Assembly: GCA_964016885.1 (NCBI GenBank) | Contig: OZ024746.1 | Location: 42,160,001-42,224,000, forward strand | DNA length: 64,000 nt | Direction: 5' to 3' | From: Eledone cirrhosa | Lineage: Eukaryota | Part shown: positions 37,026-50,648 of the stretch, piece by piece | Layout: every line of letters starts with the position of its first letter | Numbering within the stretch: position 1 is the first letter of the stretch | Position numbers and translations under genes: made by a program | The notes under the pieces: generated by a model | The model's database searches: none | Seen by the model: only the letters and a program-made list of their open reading frames with translations | What the model was told of the DNA's origin: nothing

Positions 37026-40000
37026 TTTATATTTTTATTATTACCTGCATGCTAAATTCTTCACTATAGTCGTTGTTAATTCTAACCTTACTGGCTGTTC
37101 CTCTATACATGGCTTGTACTACCTTCACAAGCCACTCATCTACTCCAAGTTTTCTTGGAGTAGATGAGTGGGATGGAATGGGATATTCTGTTAAAAGCTT
37201 TCTCCAGATTCACAAATACCAAGTATAGCGGTTTACTTTTAGGAAAGTACTTCTGCTGTTGTCTCACAAGGAAGAGAGCATCAGTGGTAATTTTACTTGG
37301 CACAAATCCGAACTACATCTCATCTAGTTTAACTTGGTCTCTGATCAGCTGTGCTATAACTCATTCTGTGACCTGTATGTATATATATATATATATATAT
37401 ATATTAACCCATGCTAGCATGGAAAAATGGATGTTAAACGGTGTCGATGATGATGACGATATATATATGTGTGTGTATATATCATCATACTTATTTTCAT
37501 GTCCATTTTCTATGCTAGCATGGGTTATATATAATGACATGGCTACAAATATCATATGTAATAACGACTATTAGTATTATACTGAAAGAAATCTTTAATA
37601 ATTACTAAAATCTACATAATGTAAATCTAAATGATAACTGTGAGATTTTGTGCAAAGCACTTAATGACACCTATTGAAAAATTGCAATGCAAATTAGAAA
37701 GATACTATCACTCGGAGACATACTGTTTTGCTATTCTGTGGTGAACATTTGTAATAACTATCTCTTTGCTTAAATAAATATAATGACCCCCCTCTCACAC
37801 ACTCACACACACACACTTTCTATCTCTCAATTACACACACAATCTCTCTCTTTCTCTCTCTCTTTCTCTTTCTCTCTCTCTCTCTCTTCCTCTTACTCTC
37901 TGCTTCACCCTTTCTGTCGTACTTTATCATCATCATCACCACTATCGTTTTTACATTAACCTTCCTATATTGGCATAGGTTTGGACTGGATGGTTTGAGA
38001 CGATGTTTTAAAGCCCCATGCTTTTCCTCATTTCAACCGTTTTAATCATATGGGAATATAATGTACCTATTCTAAAATCCAGGATTCATAGCGCATTATA
38101 TGTGTAAATGCATGTATTTGACATGGAAGCCCTTGCATACTAGCTTTCTATAAATGCTTTGCTGTGTCCTTTTACTGTTTCTTATACTACTGCTAAAATT
38201 CGACACCTCAAATTTTAAACCTCCAGACTCATCATAAGTACCAACCAATCTTTTTTCTGTTTTTCCAATCGTCTCATTTTTCTGGAAATATCTTTATTTC
38301 CCCATTTTCTATTCAATCAGTAACACACAAAATCCTCCCAGGAATTGTGTTACTTATCTGTTTGATAGAAAATGTACAATTTGTTTCAAGTTATTTTATA
38401 AATTGAATCTTTCAGTTAAATTAGAAAATTTCATAATAATGTGCAAATGATGGTACATAGTATAGATTGAGAGATACGTCAAAATTGTCAAACCCATACT
38501 AGCATGGTAAATGGGCGTTAAACAGTGATGCTGATGTCCATATTTCATGGGCATAGCATATTGATAGATGATTTATCTTAAAATTTCTATCAGTAGAAAA
38601 TTATCTATATTATGATAATAACTGTCATTTTAATCTCAGTTAAATACAAAGGAAAATTGATGTTGAATATTTTAATTTGCTCTTATAACTTAAACTTCCC
38701 TGTTGTAATTGCAAGTATTCAAATCTCTATTTCAGAGGTTTTAAAACCCTCCATAAGAAACAGTAATGTAAAATAGGCAATGAAGTATAATGTCTTTGTT
38801 TTGCCATTTGAAATATATATAGTCTCATGTTGTTTTAAAATACACTTAGGATTGAAAAAGAATTATCCCTCAATAGAATTATTATTTCCATGGATCTGTA
38901 TTTCGTAAATGATTATCAAATAAAGAGGAAAATATGTTTTAGTTAGCTAGTAAGGAACAATAGTTTTGCGTTATGTAATAGTCTTATGAAGGAACTGAGT
39001 TTAAGTAGTGAAGCCAAAACTGAAGATGGATACATTGTAATACATTAGATGTAGCGTGGGGATTTTCAATTTGTTCTGCTGTATATTTCAGCTTACTCAA
39101 AACGAACAGAGAATTGAGACACTAATAATAAATTCTTGCATCTAGTTTTGGGTAGGATAATAGCTGCAGTAGTTTTCTAATCAACAAGATGCCAATAAAA
39201 ACTGCGAAATAAGTATTTTAGTTATATATTGTACCAATAACCAAGAAGATAAATTGACAGTTTTTTCATAGGTGTTATGTTGTGTCTTGCTCTACTTACC
39301 TGGAAGAACTTACTGAAGCATAGAGGGAATGATTTGGTGTAGGAGCACTGAGCTAGCTAGAGAATGATAAATACTGAGAGATCACAGATGTAGGTTCAGA
39401 TTTTCTCACATGTAAATAGATTGGAAAAGACTCATATCTTAAAATTATAAGTATCTTAAAAACAAATTCACTGCAATTATCGTTGCCATCGCTTGAATGT
39501 AAATGATTACAGTTTTTTTTACATGCATAGAGTAAATATATACATATATATATATATGTGTGTGTGTGTGTTAGTGTATATATATAAATATATATATATA
39601 TAATATATATATTGATATGTCGGAAACAGTCTGAGAAATTTCTAACCACTTCATCATTTTATGTTTAAAGGAAATTATTTTACACCTGAAATAAACATTT
39701 ATGTTAAAGAGGATAATGTTTAGTTTTATTCACCCTGGGTGTTTACATTAACTTGCCTCAATGTAGTTATAATAAAAATTGTTGAAATACATTCAAATAA
39801 TCTACCTCTAACTGTCTATCTTTGTATGTCTACATAACAGACTTTCTCTTAAATATTTGCAGTAATTTAATACTAAAATAATTTTGCTGAGAGAAAGGAA
39901 AGTGAAAAGTCTCATTAACAGTGCATGATAGTGTGAAGAGTGTAATTTTCACAGCTGCATCCAGTTTACTGCCTACCGGATGACAGCCGTGTTCTACTGA

Positions 40001-40710
40001 CATCAATTGCTTTTACTGAACAAACCAACCATTTTACTGCAGGCTAAGAATCTTGAGTCTTCATTTATGATTCCATATTTGTTTACTACTGTAGGGTAGA
40101 CTTATAATGAAATAAGGTAGGGTTATTAATGTGGCATAGCCTCAGATCTTAAGCAAGAAAACAGTTCAAGTATAATCTGGTGCCTTTCAGAGATTTTTAA
40201 TTCTGAGTTATATTTGGAAAGATAATAATATCACACAGATATATATGATATGCTGAGTAACATAGATAAAATTAAGAAAAAGTTTACAAAAATTGATCTT
40301 ACTCAAAAAGTAAATAAATTAAATTTCTATTCTAGATGGTATGTTTCTGTTTAAATATGTTTGAATCGTTACATTTTATTCAGGAAAAAAACCAAGTATA
40401 TTATAATTTGTGAAGTGATTATATATGTGTGTATGACTGCCTTTTCATGTACATGTAGAAATATTGTGCTTATGACAAAAGTTATATACTTAATGACAGT
40501 GAAATATTGAATTTGAAAAGTAGGAGCTTGGTTTTGATTTACAATATATATTGCATATATGAAAACCAGATCTAAAAGAAACTCAATAAACCGATACCTG
40601 TTTTCAGTATGTTTTGGTGGGAATAACTAAGAATATTTCATAAATATTGTAAATAAGAATGATTACTAACTGCCCTGAAAACATTTAAACAATATTGGGT
40701 GTTTTATCAT

Positions 40711-40854
<144 letters not shown>

Positions 40855-41089
40855 CATCACCGTTTTACGTCCATTCTTCCATGCTAGCATGAGTTAGACG
40901 GGCTGTTCTGTTGTGGGCAGTGCCCGGGCGGCTGACCTTGTTTTGCTCATACGGAAACTGATTTTGGCTTGATTTTTACAGCTGGATGCCCTTCCTAACG
41001 TCAACCTCATTTACAGTGATTGGCTAGGTTTTTTTTTTTTTCACGGTGCCTACATGACCACTTTACAGTGTGGGCTGGGTGCTTTTGGG
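40855..41089 (-). mobile_element. RTE subfamily A variant, 3' UTR fragment
   Basis: Homologous to 14818-15045. Confidence 0.85.
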
Positions 41090-41624
41090 GTATATATAAT
41101 ATATCCACATAATAAACGATCACCCACCACACTTCTGTAAAGTGATTGATGATAGGGATGGCATCCAGCCATAGAAAACCTCCCAAACATAGAGTCAGTA
41201 AGACTTCAGATATGATGCCAAGGCAACTTTGCTGGTGTTGGTGCCACAATAATGTTCTTCTTTCCTACCAGAGAAGATGCCATGTCCTTGGAATTATATT
41301 TGAAGTCTTTCCGATCCTTCGTTTATCCCCACACGTGGTATCCTTATCATTGAGCAGTTTTGTAGGAAGCAAGATCAGAAAATTGTGTTGGTTTCTGTCT
41401 AGCATCATATTGATCTAAATCCCTGCCCCCTTCTTATAATTCATATAACTGCTCTGTAAATCATCTGATGTTATTACATTGAGCTATTTAACTTACTGGT
41501 AATAAGGTAGTAATATATTACTGCCTACCACTATTTAGGGTTTATAAAAATATATATAACTACAAAAGGTTTTTGTATTTGCATAACCATAAATAGTATA
41601 ATTAATACTATATATATATATAGT

Positions 41625-41840
41625 AATAATAATAAATTTGAAGACTAAAATCCAAAGAGGGCTCGATAAGGATAAATATATATCAAATATATAAGAACCG
41701 TAGAACACATATTTATTAAAATAACAGATTAAAGTTTAAACAAAGAATCGCTGCTTAACGGGATCTTCTGAAACTGAGTTAAGGGTGAAAGCAGCGATTC
41801 TTTGCTTAAACTTTAATCGGTTATTTTAATAAATATATAT
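41625..41840. mobile_element. Fold-back element (putative inverted PLE ends) with 48-bp arms
   Basis: 41709-41756 versus 41789-41836, 2 mismatches. The spacer contains GAAAC-TGA-GTT. (TA)n on both sides. Confidence 0.7.
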
Positions 41841-43753
41841 ATATACGCACATAATTTTCTCTAAGCCTTTACAAGAGACTTCTGCATTTATTATTTCTTT
41901 TCACTGATCCATAAATGAAATTTATTGGAATATTAAAATGCTTTAAAGGGAAGACAGAAACAATATAGAATATGTTTCCTTCAATTTTAAAGAGGGTGGA
42001 ATCAATATGCAAAACATTTACCATAGATTTTCTCTGTTTATTCACTCCTATCTGTTCTGAGAAATCATCATGATGAAAGCAATTTTACTTTTTAACTATT
42101 CTAATTAACCCAGTAATCTTTTGTTACTCCATCACTTTACAGTCTCTGAGAAAATCTATCTGGATATATCATCCTCAGTACATTTTCTTTCTTTAGTTTT
42201 CCTTTCACTTCCTTTTCTCTTGTCCAGTCTTTCCTTGGGTTAGTTACTTTCTGTGCTCAACGTGAATATAGGTCTCTAAAATTACTACTTCTATGAAAAT
42301 ATGATACTTTGTTTTTACTTCAAATCCCAGAGAGAAGTAGTTTCAACAGATACAATAAAATAGACGTGGTGACTCTGGTCTAAAACTGTCTTTCAAAGTA
42401 CACATATGCAAAGACAGTGAGAGAGGGGGATAAAATGTTTTTAGTGCTGGTGATATTTGAGAGATACATCATTGATTCATGTTTTAAATGATGTTAAGAT
42501 GTTTCATTGCATCTGGAATAAGATTATCTTCTTGAACTTGAAGGAATATAACTAAACTCCACAGTATTGTAATCACTTAGGAGAGTCAGGGTATTTGAAG
42601 AGAACATGGATTCTTGATCTACAGTTTCTTGCTAGTACTATTTCTCCAGTTGAGTCACTGATTGTCAGAAGGTAAAAAGGTTTCATAAAGGACATCACTA
42701 GCAGATATTTTTGAAATAGAATACATTGGAAGGCTAGCATATAATCCTGCTTTTATTCTTTTCTTCAGTTCAGTACTTTTCTTTTCCCCAATGAGGTCAT
42801 GAATATGAGAGATCTGTCTGATGTGAGTGACACCCAGAAAAGAACTTGATAGGTTTTCTTTTTCTTTTCCTAGCAAAGCCAGTAATAATGAGAAATACAA
42901 TTAGAAAATTGGAGATGGGTACACAGAGAAAGGAAATATCTTGACTGATATAGTTAACATATGAGATATATGTTAGTTTTATGCTTTGTTCATTTAACAG
43001 TGAAGAGAGGAAAGTGTAAATGGGTTTGTTAAGCCATTAACATTATTTGTTGAACAAGTTGTATCATATTTAAACAAATAAGAAAGATTGGTAAAAAGGG
43101 TAATAAGAAAACACCGCATAAACATATTACTATTAAATTCTATTTAGCTCAAGTTACATGAGTACTTAATGGAGTTATTATTTTTAATTTATTTTTTTCA
43201 TTTGATTGTAGCAAATCCATTTACATTCTTATTCCAAAGGTAAAGGTATGATCTCTATGGAGTCTAAAGTTAATTTGAGAAATTTTGATATTTTAAAACA
43301 ACTCTATTGTCATACATGGTTCACTGTCAAGATAATGATGATGATGATCATAATCATCGCTGTCATCATCATCTTCATCATCAACAGTATTTAATGTCCA
43401 TTTTCCCTGTTAACAAGGTTTGAATGGATCAGCACAGACCAATTCAGCATTCAGCTTGAGCCACTGATTTATCAGATGGACTGGGGTGCGGTACATCTTA
43501 CATACATACATCCTTGTACTGAGAGAACTTGGTGCGTTTTATTGTTGGATCAGCACTAGGGAAGTTGAAATGCCTTTGATACAATAAAGAGTCCTCTCAA
43601 CACCTTTTTGGGAGGATTTGGTGAGATTTGAACTCAGAGTGCAAAGAGTAAGAAGTATTGAATCTATTTGATAATAAAAGGCTAAATCCACTGACATCAT
43701 TCAACTATTGAGTATGTCTCTCTCTTCCTACATTTTTCCTAAAATGGCCTATA

Positions 43754-43912
43754 TCATCATTATCGCCATTTAATACCTATTTTTCCATGCTAGCATGGGT
43801 TAAATAATATGTCCTGTTGTGGGACAAACCAGATCCAATGAACATGTCTTGCTCATACAGAACTGATTTGGGCTTGGTTTCTATAGCTGGATGCCCTTCT
43901 TAATGCCAACCA
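43754..43912 (-). mobile_element. RTE subfamily A-related 3' stub
   Basis: CCATGCTAGCATGGGTT...CTGGATGCCCTTC, then (TA)n. Confidence 0.75.
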
Positions 43913-44976
43913 TATATATATATATTTATTTGAAATTGTTAACCCAATACTATTGCCATACAAGGCTGATAAAACTACTTAGTGTATGTCTTTCTCATCT
44001 TTCAGACAATATATTAACATCTGTATAAATTTCTCTTCACAACTACCTTTTTCAAGTACTAAAATGAAACAAACAATAGTTAAAAATTGCACACTGCACT
44101 AATTTCATCTAGTTGCCCAGACATTTCTGACTGGAAACTTCTATAAAGACTATAAGCACTGAATGGTCTCCTCAATCAAGAGCCAACATTCTATTATCTT
44201 GAAAAAGCATACTCTACATCCTGAAACATATATCAATATGAACTCCATCAAAGAGCTACTACAGAAAAATATTTTGTTTTCTCAATCTTGATGTTTAATA
44301 GTATACACATGTCAATTAAGAATGACAGTATCTTAAAGTTCCCTTGGTTCTATTTGATTCTAGTATTTTATTTGTAATCATTTTTTTAAAACCACATTTC
44401 AAACATTAATACTAGTAATATAAGAGGCTGAGTATTCATAATAGATTTAAGTAAAATAGAACACACACATGACAGACGTGGGGAGGAAATAGAGACATAT
44501 AACTATAAAACTGGGAGTTTCTACAAGACAACTGCTTCAGGCTACAAACTAGATCAGTGTTCAGAGCAATGTACTAACCAGATGGAAGGTAACCTGATAG
44601 TGGAATAATACTGTAAATACAGCTATAAAATCTAAAAGACTAGCTTGGAAACAGTGGAAGAAAGAGAGCAATAAAGTACATTATCAAATAGTTATAAGAT
44701 AAGCTTAGCATCTGAAAGAAGGTCTGTTAATATTCTGTATTGAGTGACTCAGTGGTGTGAAGTTTTATGGTTGGCAATGAAGATGCTGTTGGGGAAAACT
44801 GTATAGAAAATGACAATGACATACTTATCCTCACAAATATGGATAAGAATGATGATTGGAACAGGTATTATGAAAGATTGCTGACTGTGAAGATGGCATG
44901 AGAATAAGAAAGACTACCTCCAAGTAGACCAAACAGGGCTTAATAAAAACTATTCCATTCTACATTACATTATTAA

Positions 44977-45145
44977 GGGCAGAGGATTGGCAGTATCGGT
45001 AGAGGGTCGGATGCCATGCTTTGCAGCATAGAATTACCTCACTTTGTGGTCTGACCTCAAAATCCTGTGGAGGTCGATAAAATAAAGTACCAACAATGCA
45101 CTGGGATAATTGCTGGCATTGTGCCTAAATCAGAAACCATTATTA
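44977..45145 (+). mobile_element. Meta-type SINE with internal deletion
   Basis: Head and tail as in 53480-53665. CATTATTAAG on both flanks. Confidence 0.8.
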
Positions 45146-45198
45146 AGTACTTTCTTCCAATTAATTTTATTCCACACAAGTGTTATATCACCATCCAT

Positions 45199-45360
45199 AG
45201 AGAGTTGGGGCATGACAGCTGAGCTCTTGCTGTTTTGATAAAAATATTCCAGAATGATGTCAAAACACAGCAAGAGCTCAGCCGTCAGGCACCAACTCTC
45301 TGTTATATCTACACACTGCTAGCCTACGTATTGAGTACTCTGCTGAATAATAGTCTTGCT
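45199..45360 (+). mobile_element. Fold-back element of the same family as 30831-30992
   Basis: Arms 45199-45239 and 45259-45301. Shares GAGCTC.GCCGTC.GG and GTATTGAGTACTCTG. Confidence 0.7.
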
Positions 45361-45479
45361 GTGTGTGTGTGTGTGTATGTATTTTATACATGTATATACA
45401 AGGAAACAGGAAAACAGAGACAAGATGGAAGATGGTGCAAATTGAAAACATTAGTTGAATATATATATTATATATATAT

Positions 45480-47357
45480 CATCATCACCGTTTTACGTCC
45501 GTTCTTCCACGCTAGCATGGGTTAGACGGGTTGTCCTGTTGTGTGCAGTGTCTGGTCGGTTGACCATGCCTTGCTCATACATGAACTGATCTGGCTTGAT
45601 TTCTACAGCTGTATGCCCTTCCTAACACCAACCTCATTTACAGTGAGTGCTGGGTGCTTTTTTGTGGCGCCTACACGTCCACTTTACAGTGTGGGCTGGG
45701 TGCTTTTTTGCCGTGGCACCTCCACGATTACCTTGCGGTGGGGGGTGTGGGGGCATATTGTTTATATGCTTCAGCATGTACCCATGGGAGGTCGGGTACT
45801 CTGTATTACTGCGTGATGCCAGAAGTCACGGTCGTGTGTCATTGTCTTTGAGAGGTGTAATTGGGTAAGGTCGGCTTTTATCACCTCATCCCAGGTCATC
45901 TTGGGTCTCCCCACTCCACGGTTTCCATCAACTTCTAGTGCTCTGCACCTTTTTATGCAGCTGTCATCCTTCATACGCATCACATGTCCATACCAGCGCA
46001 ACCGCCTCTCCTGCACACAGCATTTGATTCCTCTTATGCTCAGTCTCTCTCTCAATTCATTTATGCTTTGTCGTTCACGTATATTACTGTTACACATCCA
46101 TCAGAGCATGCAGGCTTCGTTTCTCTCTAATCTACGTAAGTCTTCCACCTTCAGCGCCCAGGTCTCACTACCATGCAACATCGCTGTTCGGATACACGCA
46201 TCATACAGTCTGCCTTTCATTCTGAGGGAGAAGCCTTTTGCAGCTAGCAGTGGTAGTAGTTCCCTAAACTTCTTCCATCCCGTTCTTACCCTAGTTATTG
46301 TACTTTCTGAACACCCACCTCCGTTGCTAATTCGGTCACCTAGGTAGCAGAAGCTGTCTACTGTTTCTACAGGGCCCTCCCAGAGATTGGTGGTACTTGT
46401 TTCCTGTGGCTGTTTGCTGCTTGCTGTTTCAGCACAGCTGCTGCATGTGAATCCTACATTCTTAATTAAGCTTCCTGAGATCCCGCTACATCTCTTGTGT
46501 ACCCATTGTTTACATTTGGGGCAGAGAATGGAGTTCCTACCTACACCTTTCCTACATACTGAGCAAGGCCATTTCCCTGAGGGGATCTGGGTTCTGTTTT
46601 CTCGTCTACTTACAAGGACCTTAGTCTTGGTCATGTTGACTTTGAGACCCTTTCTCTCTAGTCCCTGCTTCCAGGTTTGGAATTTATTCTCTAGTTCTAC
46701 CATAGATTCAGCTATGAGTGCGAGGTCATCAGCATACAGGAGTTCCCATGGGCATCCGGTCTTAAACTCCTCCGTTATTGCCTGCAGGACTATGATGAAC
46801 AGGAGAGGGCTAAGAACAGAGCACTGGTGGACCCCAACCTGTACGCTAAATTCCTCGCTATACTCATTGCTAATCCTAACTTTGCTGACTGCTCCCCTAT
46901 ACATGGCTTGTACCGCTTTCACAAGCCATTCATCTACTCCTAGTTTTCTAAGAGCCCACCAGATTACAGCACGTGGAACTCTGTCAAAGGCTTTCTCAAG
47001 GTCGACAAATGCCAAGTAGAGTGGCTTACTTTTAGCTAGGTACTTTTCCTGTAATTGCCTCACAAGGAAGAGGGCATCAGTGGTGCCTCTTCCTGGTACA
47101 AACCCAAATTGCATCTCGTCTATATTCACCCGGTCCCTAATCAGCTGTGCTATAGCTCTTTCTGTTACTTTCATGACCTGGTCCATCAACTTTATACCTC
47201 TATAGTTTCCTCTATCTAGAGGAAATTGTAGCAGTTGAAAATGATGCTACTGCACCAATCTTTTGGTATAGCCCCTTCTAGTATTACCTGGTTAACGATA
47301 CGTGTGGTTATAGTGTGACCTACAGACCCAGATGCCTTCAGCATCTCGGCAGCTATA

Positions 47358-47359
<2 letters not shown>
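45480..47359 (-). mobile_element. RTE LINE subfamily A, longest copy (RT with PHD insert), inactivated
   Basis: MQFGFVPGRGTTDA, FVDLEKAFDRVP, YADDL and the PHD at 46434-46571. CGA to TGA stop near 46100 and a small deletion near 47220. Confidence 0.96.
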
Positions 47360-47411
<52 letters not shown>

Positions 47412-47412
<1 letters not shown>

Positions 47413-48545
47413 CCTCATCAACCCATCCATGGTATTACAACTGCGCATAATTATAACTGTAACTGTGTCCAACCAGGAATGTGTCCGTTGAATAATCAGT
47501 GTCTTGAACGCAACATCATATACAAATGTACTACTGAATCGGGTAGCCAGAAGTGGTACTATGTAGGTGGTACTATGTACTGAAGTGGTACTATGTACTG
47601 CTACCACCTTCAAATCTCGCCTTTATAGACATTGCTACTCGATAAAACATGAAAACCAGCGTTATGTAACAACACTCGCAGACAAGGCTTGGCAGCTGCG
47701 CAAAAATAACCAACAATTTAACCTAAAATGGGATAAAATAGCGCTGCCCCGGCATAAACCCAAGGACAGAAATTTTGTAGATTGTGTAATATGGAAATGT
47801 TTTGTATCATGAAATACAAAAATATTTTATTAAATAACAGAATAGAGCGATCGTTAAACTGTAACCATCGCTTGAAATCTACATTTTCATATTACAAACG
47901 CTATCAGGATTGAACGCCTGTCTCCATCCCCGTTTGATTGTCAAAATACATATTAACATTATCTCTATTAGTTTTAATTCTATCAACACTTCTATTCTTT
48001 ATGATTTAATATAAAATGCTATAGATAAAATAGGATTTCTCAATTCAATTCCCTAAAGCATATACCAATGGGCTACCAGCATTGTTGTTATACAGTAGCA
48101 GTGAAAATCTCTCTTCCTTACTTGACACCTTATATCTGTATTAATACTACCTCACCAAGCCACCAGCCCTGTCCATTGTTCAACTGGTCAAATATAAATC
48201 AAAATCGGCACTCCCAAAAATTCTTATTTAGATAAAATAAGCCATATACACATTGTATTCTCATTAAAAACCTTCTATACACTTGTTTACCAGCAAATTG
48301 AATTGCCATCTGTCATAGACTTTCCCCTCTCCTCTTCTTTTCTTACAACTAATATAAATACTTTGATTTTTCTGATTTTTTCCAATTTCTATGAAGAAGT
48401 GACAACTGATTATACATTTGCTATCGATTACGTGCTAATATTATATGATTACGCAAGCAGCGATACATAGGTATTCCGTCTGTTACAGAAACATATGTCA
48501 ATATCTAATAAATTCCTTTATAAAAGCACTTTCATTTTATATTCA

Positions 48546-48550
<5 letters not shown>
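47412..48550 (+). mobile_element. Penelope-like element (Naiad-type) 3' portion: GIY-YIG endonuclease pseudogene plus pseudo-LTR
   Basis: CNCVQPGMCPLNNQCLERNIIYKC...YYVG...TTFKSRLYRH...LKW, then after a frameshift CRLCNMEMFCI...LLNNRIE...CNH. AATAAA at about 48507. (TA)n at the start and (TC)n(TA)n at the end. Confidence 0.85.
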
Positions 48551-48623
<73 letters not shown>

Positions 48624-48634
48624 ATACTGATGAC

Positions 48635-49669
48635 ATCATCATCATCATTATTGTTTTAACATCTGCTTTTCCTGCTAGCAAGGGTTGGGCAGGGTTTACA
48701 TAAACAAAATTAGTACTGAAATGGAGTCACTGATCTCCCAGATAGGCCAGGGACATGTGTCTCTCTTTATGTACAGTTGATGCTCCCCTGAGTGCAAAGG
48801 AGAGATTGTCATGCATATGACACAACTGAAGGTTCTCGTGACCTTTTTATTTGGCAAGATCTCATTGGCTGGATGCCCTTCCTATCACCAACCACATTAC
48901 AGCATGTACTGGGTGCATTTATCGTGTAGATCACCAACAGGGAGGCTGTCATGTCCTTGACATAAACTGAAATGTCCTCCCAACCCTTTATCTGTTTAGC
49001 CGTCCATGGCTGAATGCCATTCCCATCACCAACGGCTTCACATGGGAGGGAGAACTGCTAGAAAATGGGGTGAGTGGGGCATGCACAGTGGGGTTGAAGT
49101 AGTAATGATGAGGATAACTATTGGGGAGTGCTAGTGCTAGTGGAGGCAGGTGGGGATGGGGGGTAGGTGAGATCACATTGTATGCTACCGGTTGGGTCTT
49201 CTTCAGCACTGCATAGTCCCAGCACTCACGTTCGTGAGTCATTTCTGTTGAGTGGTTTAGTTTTATGAGGTCGATTTTCACAACTTCATACCATGTATTT
49301 CTAAGTCTGCCTCTTCCATAGGTCCCAGCCACTGTGGTTTCTCTGCATTTCTTTCCATATGCATTATATATCAATACAAATACAGAATTCTCTTTTGCAC
49401 ACTACTTCCAATTCCTCTCATGCCAAGTTTTCCCCTCAGTTTGCTTATGCTATGTTGCTCATGCACACTAACATTATACATCCATCAGAGCATACTTGAC
49501 TCATTTCTTTGTAGCCTCCACAGGTCTTCTGCAGTCAAGACCCTTATTTTACTGCCACGAAGCATTGCAGTTTGCACACAGGCATCATACAGTTTACCTT
49601 TCACTCTGAGAGAAAAGCATTTTGTTGTTAACAGCGGTAATAGATCTCTAAACTTCTTCCAGCCTGTTC
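48635..49669 (-). mobile_element. RTE LINE subfamily C, older, 5'-truncated
   Basis: Minus strand GWKKFRDLLPLL...KGKLYDACV...GRGRLRNTW. The 3' UTR is related to 58550-58905. Confidence 0.82.
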
Positions 49670-50274
49670 TATCCTATCCTAGCTATCACACTTTTAGTAC
49701 ATTCTCCCATATATATATATAGATATATATAGATATATATATATACATGTTTGTGTATCTTTATATATAAATATATAAATATATATAAATGTGTTTGTAC
49801 TCTTGTACTCTATCACAGAAAATGAAAGTAATCCATTGCAAAGAGGTCCCTCAGTGTATTACAAATATTTCAAAATTCAAATTATTGACCTGCAGTTTGA
49901 ACTACTGCACTTGGGGGAAATAATAACAAATTAAAGTATTTCAAAAAACATTCCATGATGTATAGGAATATTTAACTTTTGATCTTTAAATTTATTCAGT
50001 GTGCAATTTTAGAGAGAAATAATAAAGACAAAATATTTTAATATTTTGCCATGATGTCTTACAAAGGTTGCTGCAGTTCTTTACCCAGTGGCAGTAAAGC
50101 TATCAAAGATAACCATCATCTTGTTCATAATTTTTTTTACTAGCTCCAAAGAGTATAACTTGAAACAGAAAAAAGAAAAATAGCTGCAAGAGATGACTGT
50201 TCTTATGGCAGTGAAATATGAAAGGATGATACGTGTTAGTGTGAAAAATTACTGTAATTTGATTTCAAGTATAC

Positions 50275-50648
50275 ACGAACGGTTTCTAACCTTTTCAATA
50301 TTAAATTCCTTTAACTTTTTGACTCCAAACTACTACGTCAAACCTCTATGATACAAAACTGTTTATTTTAATGTGTAATATTTATTTTAAAGTATTTTAT
50401 CATTATTTTATATAAGAACATAAGTTAAATTAAGCTCAAAATGATAGCTTAAAAAGAAGATATTTAGTTATATTACTAAATCATTGCAAATTTTTGATTA
50501 TTTTAAAAATTAAGTGGAAATTGTTTAAATATATATTTTCCATGGATACAAGGGTTTTAAAGATATGTCTCCTCAATGAGCTCATGAAACCCCAGTACTA
50601 CATCTGTGGACCTCAAGGGGTCCTTAACAACTGGTTGGAACTGCTAGT
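50275..50648. mobile_element. hAT-type MITE remnant
   Basis: Ends CGGTTTCTAACC... and ...GGGGTCC...GGTTGGAACTGCT resemble CAGTGGTTCCCAACC-type TIRs. Confidence 0.5.

Noticed and set aside
39300-40047. Short exon-like segments at 39300-39356 (-) and 39955-40047 (+)
   Set aside because: Isolated and short with no recognisable product; expected by chance in AT-rich DNA.
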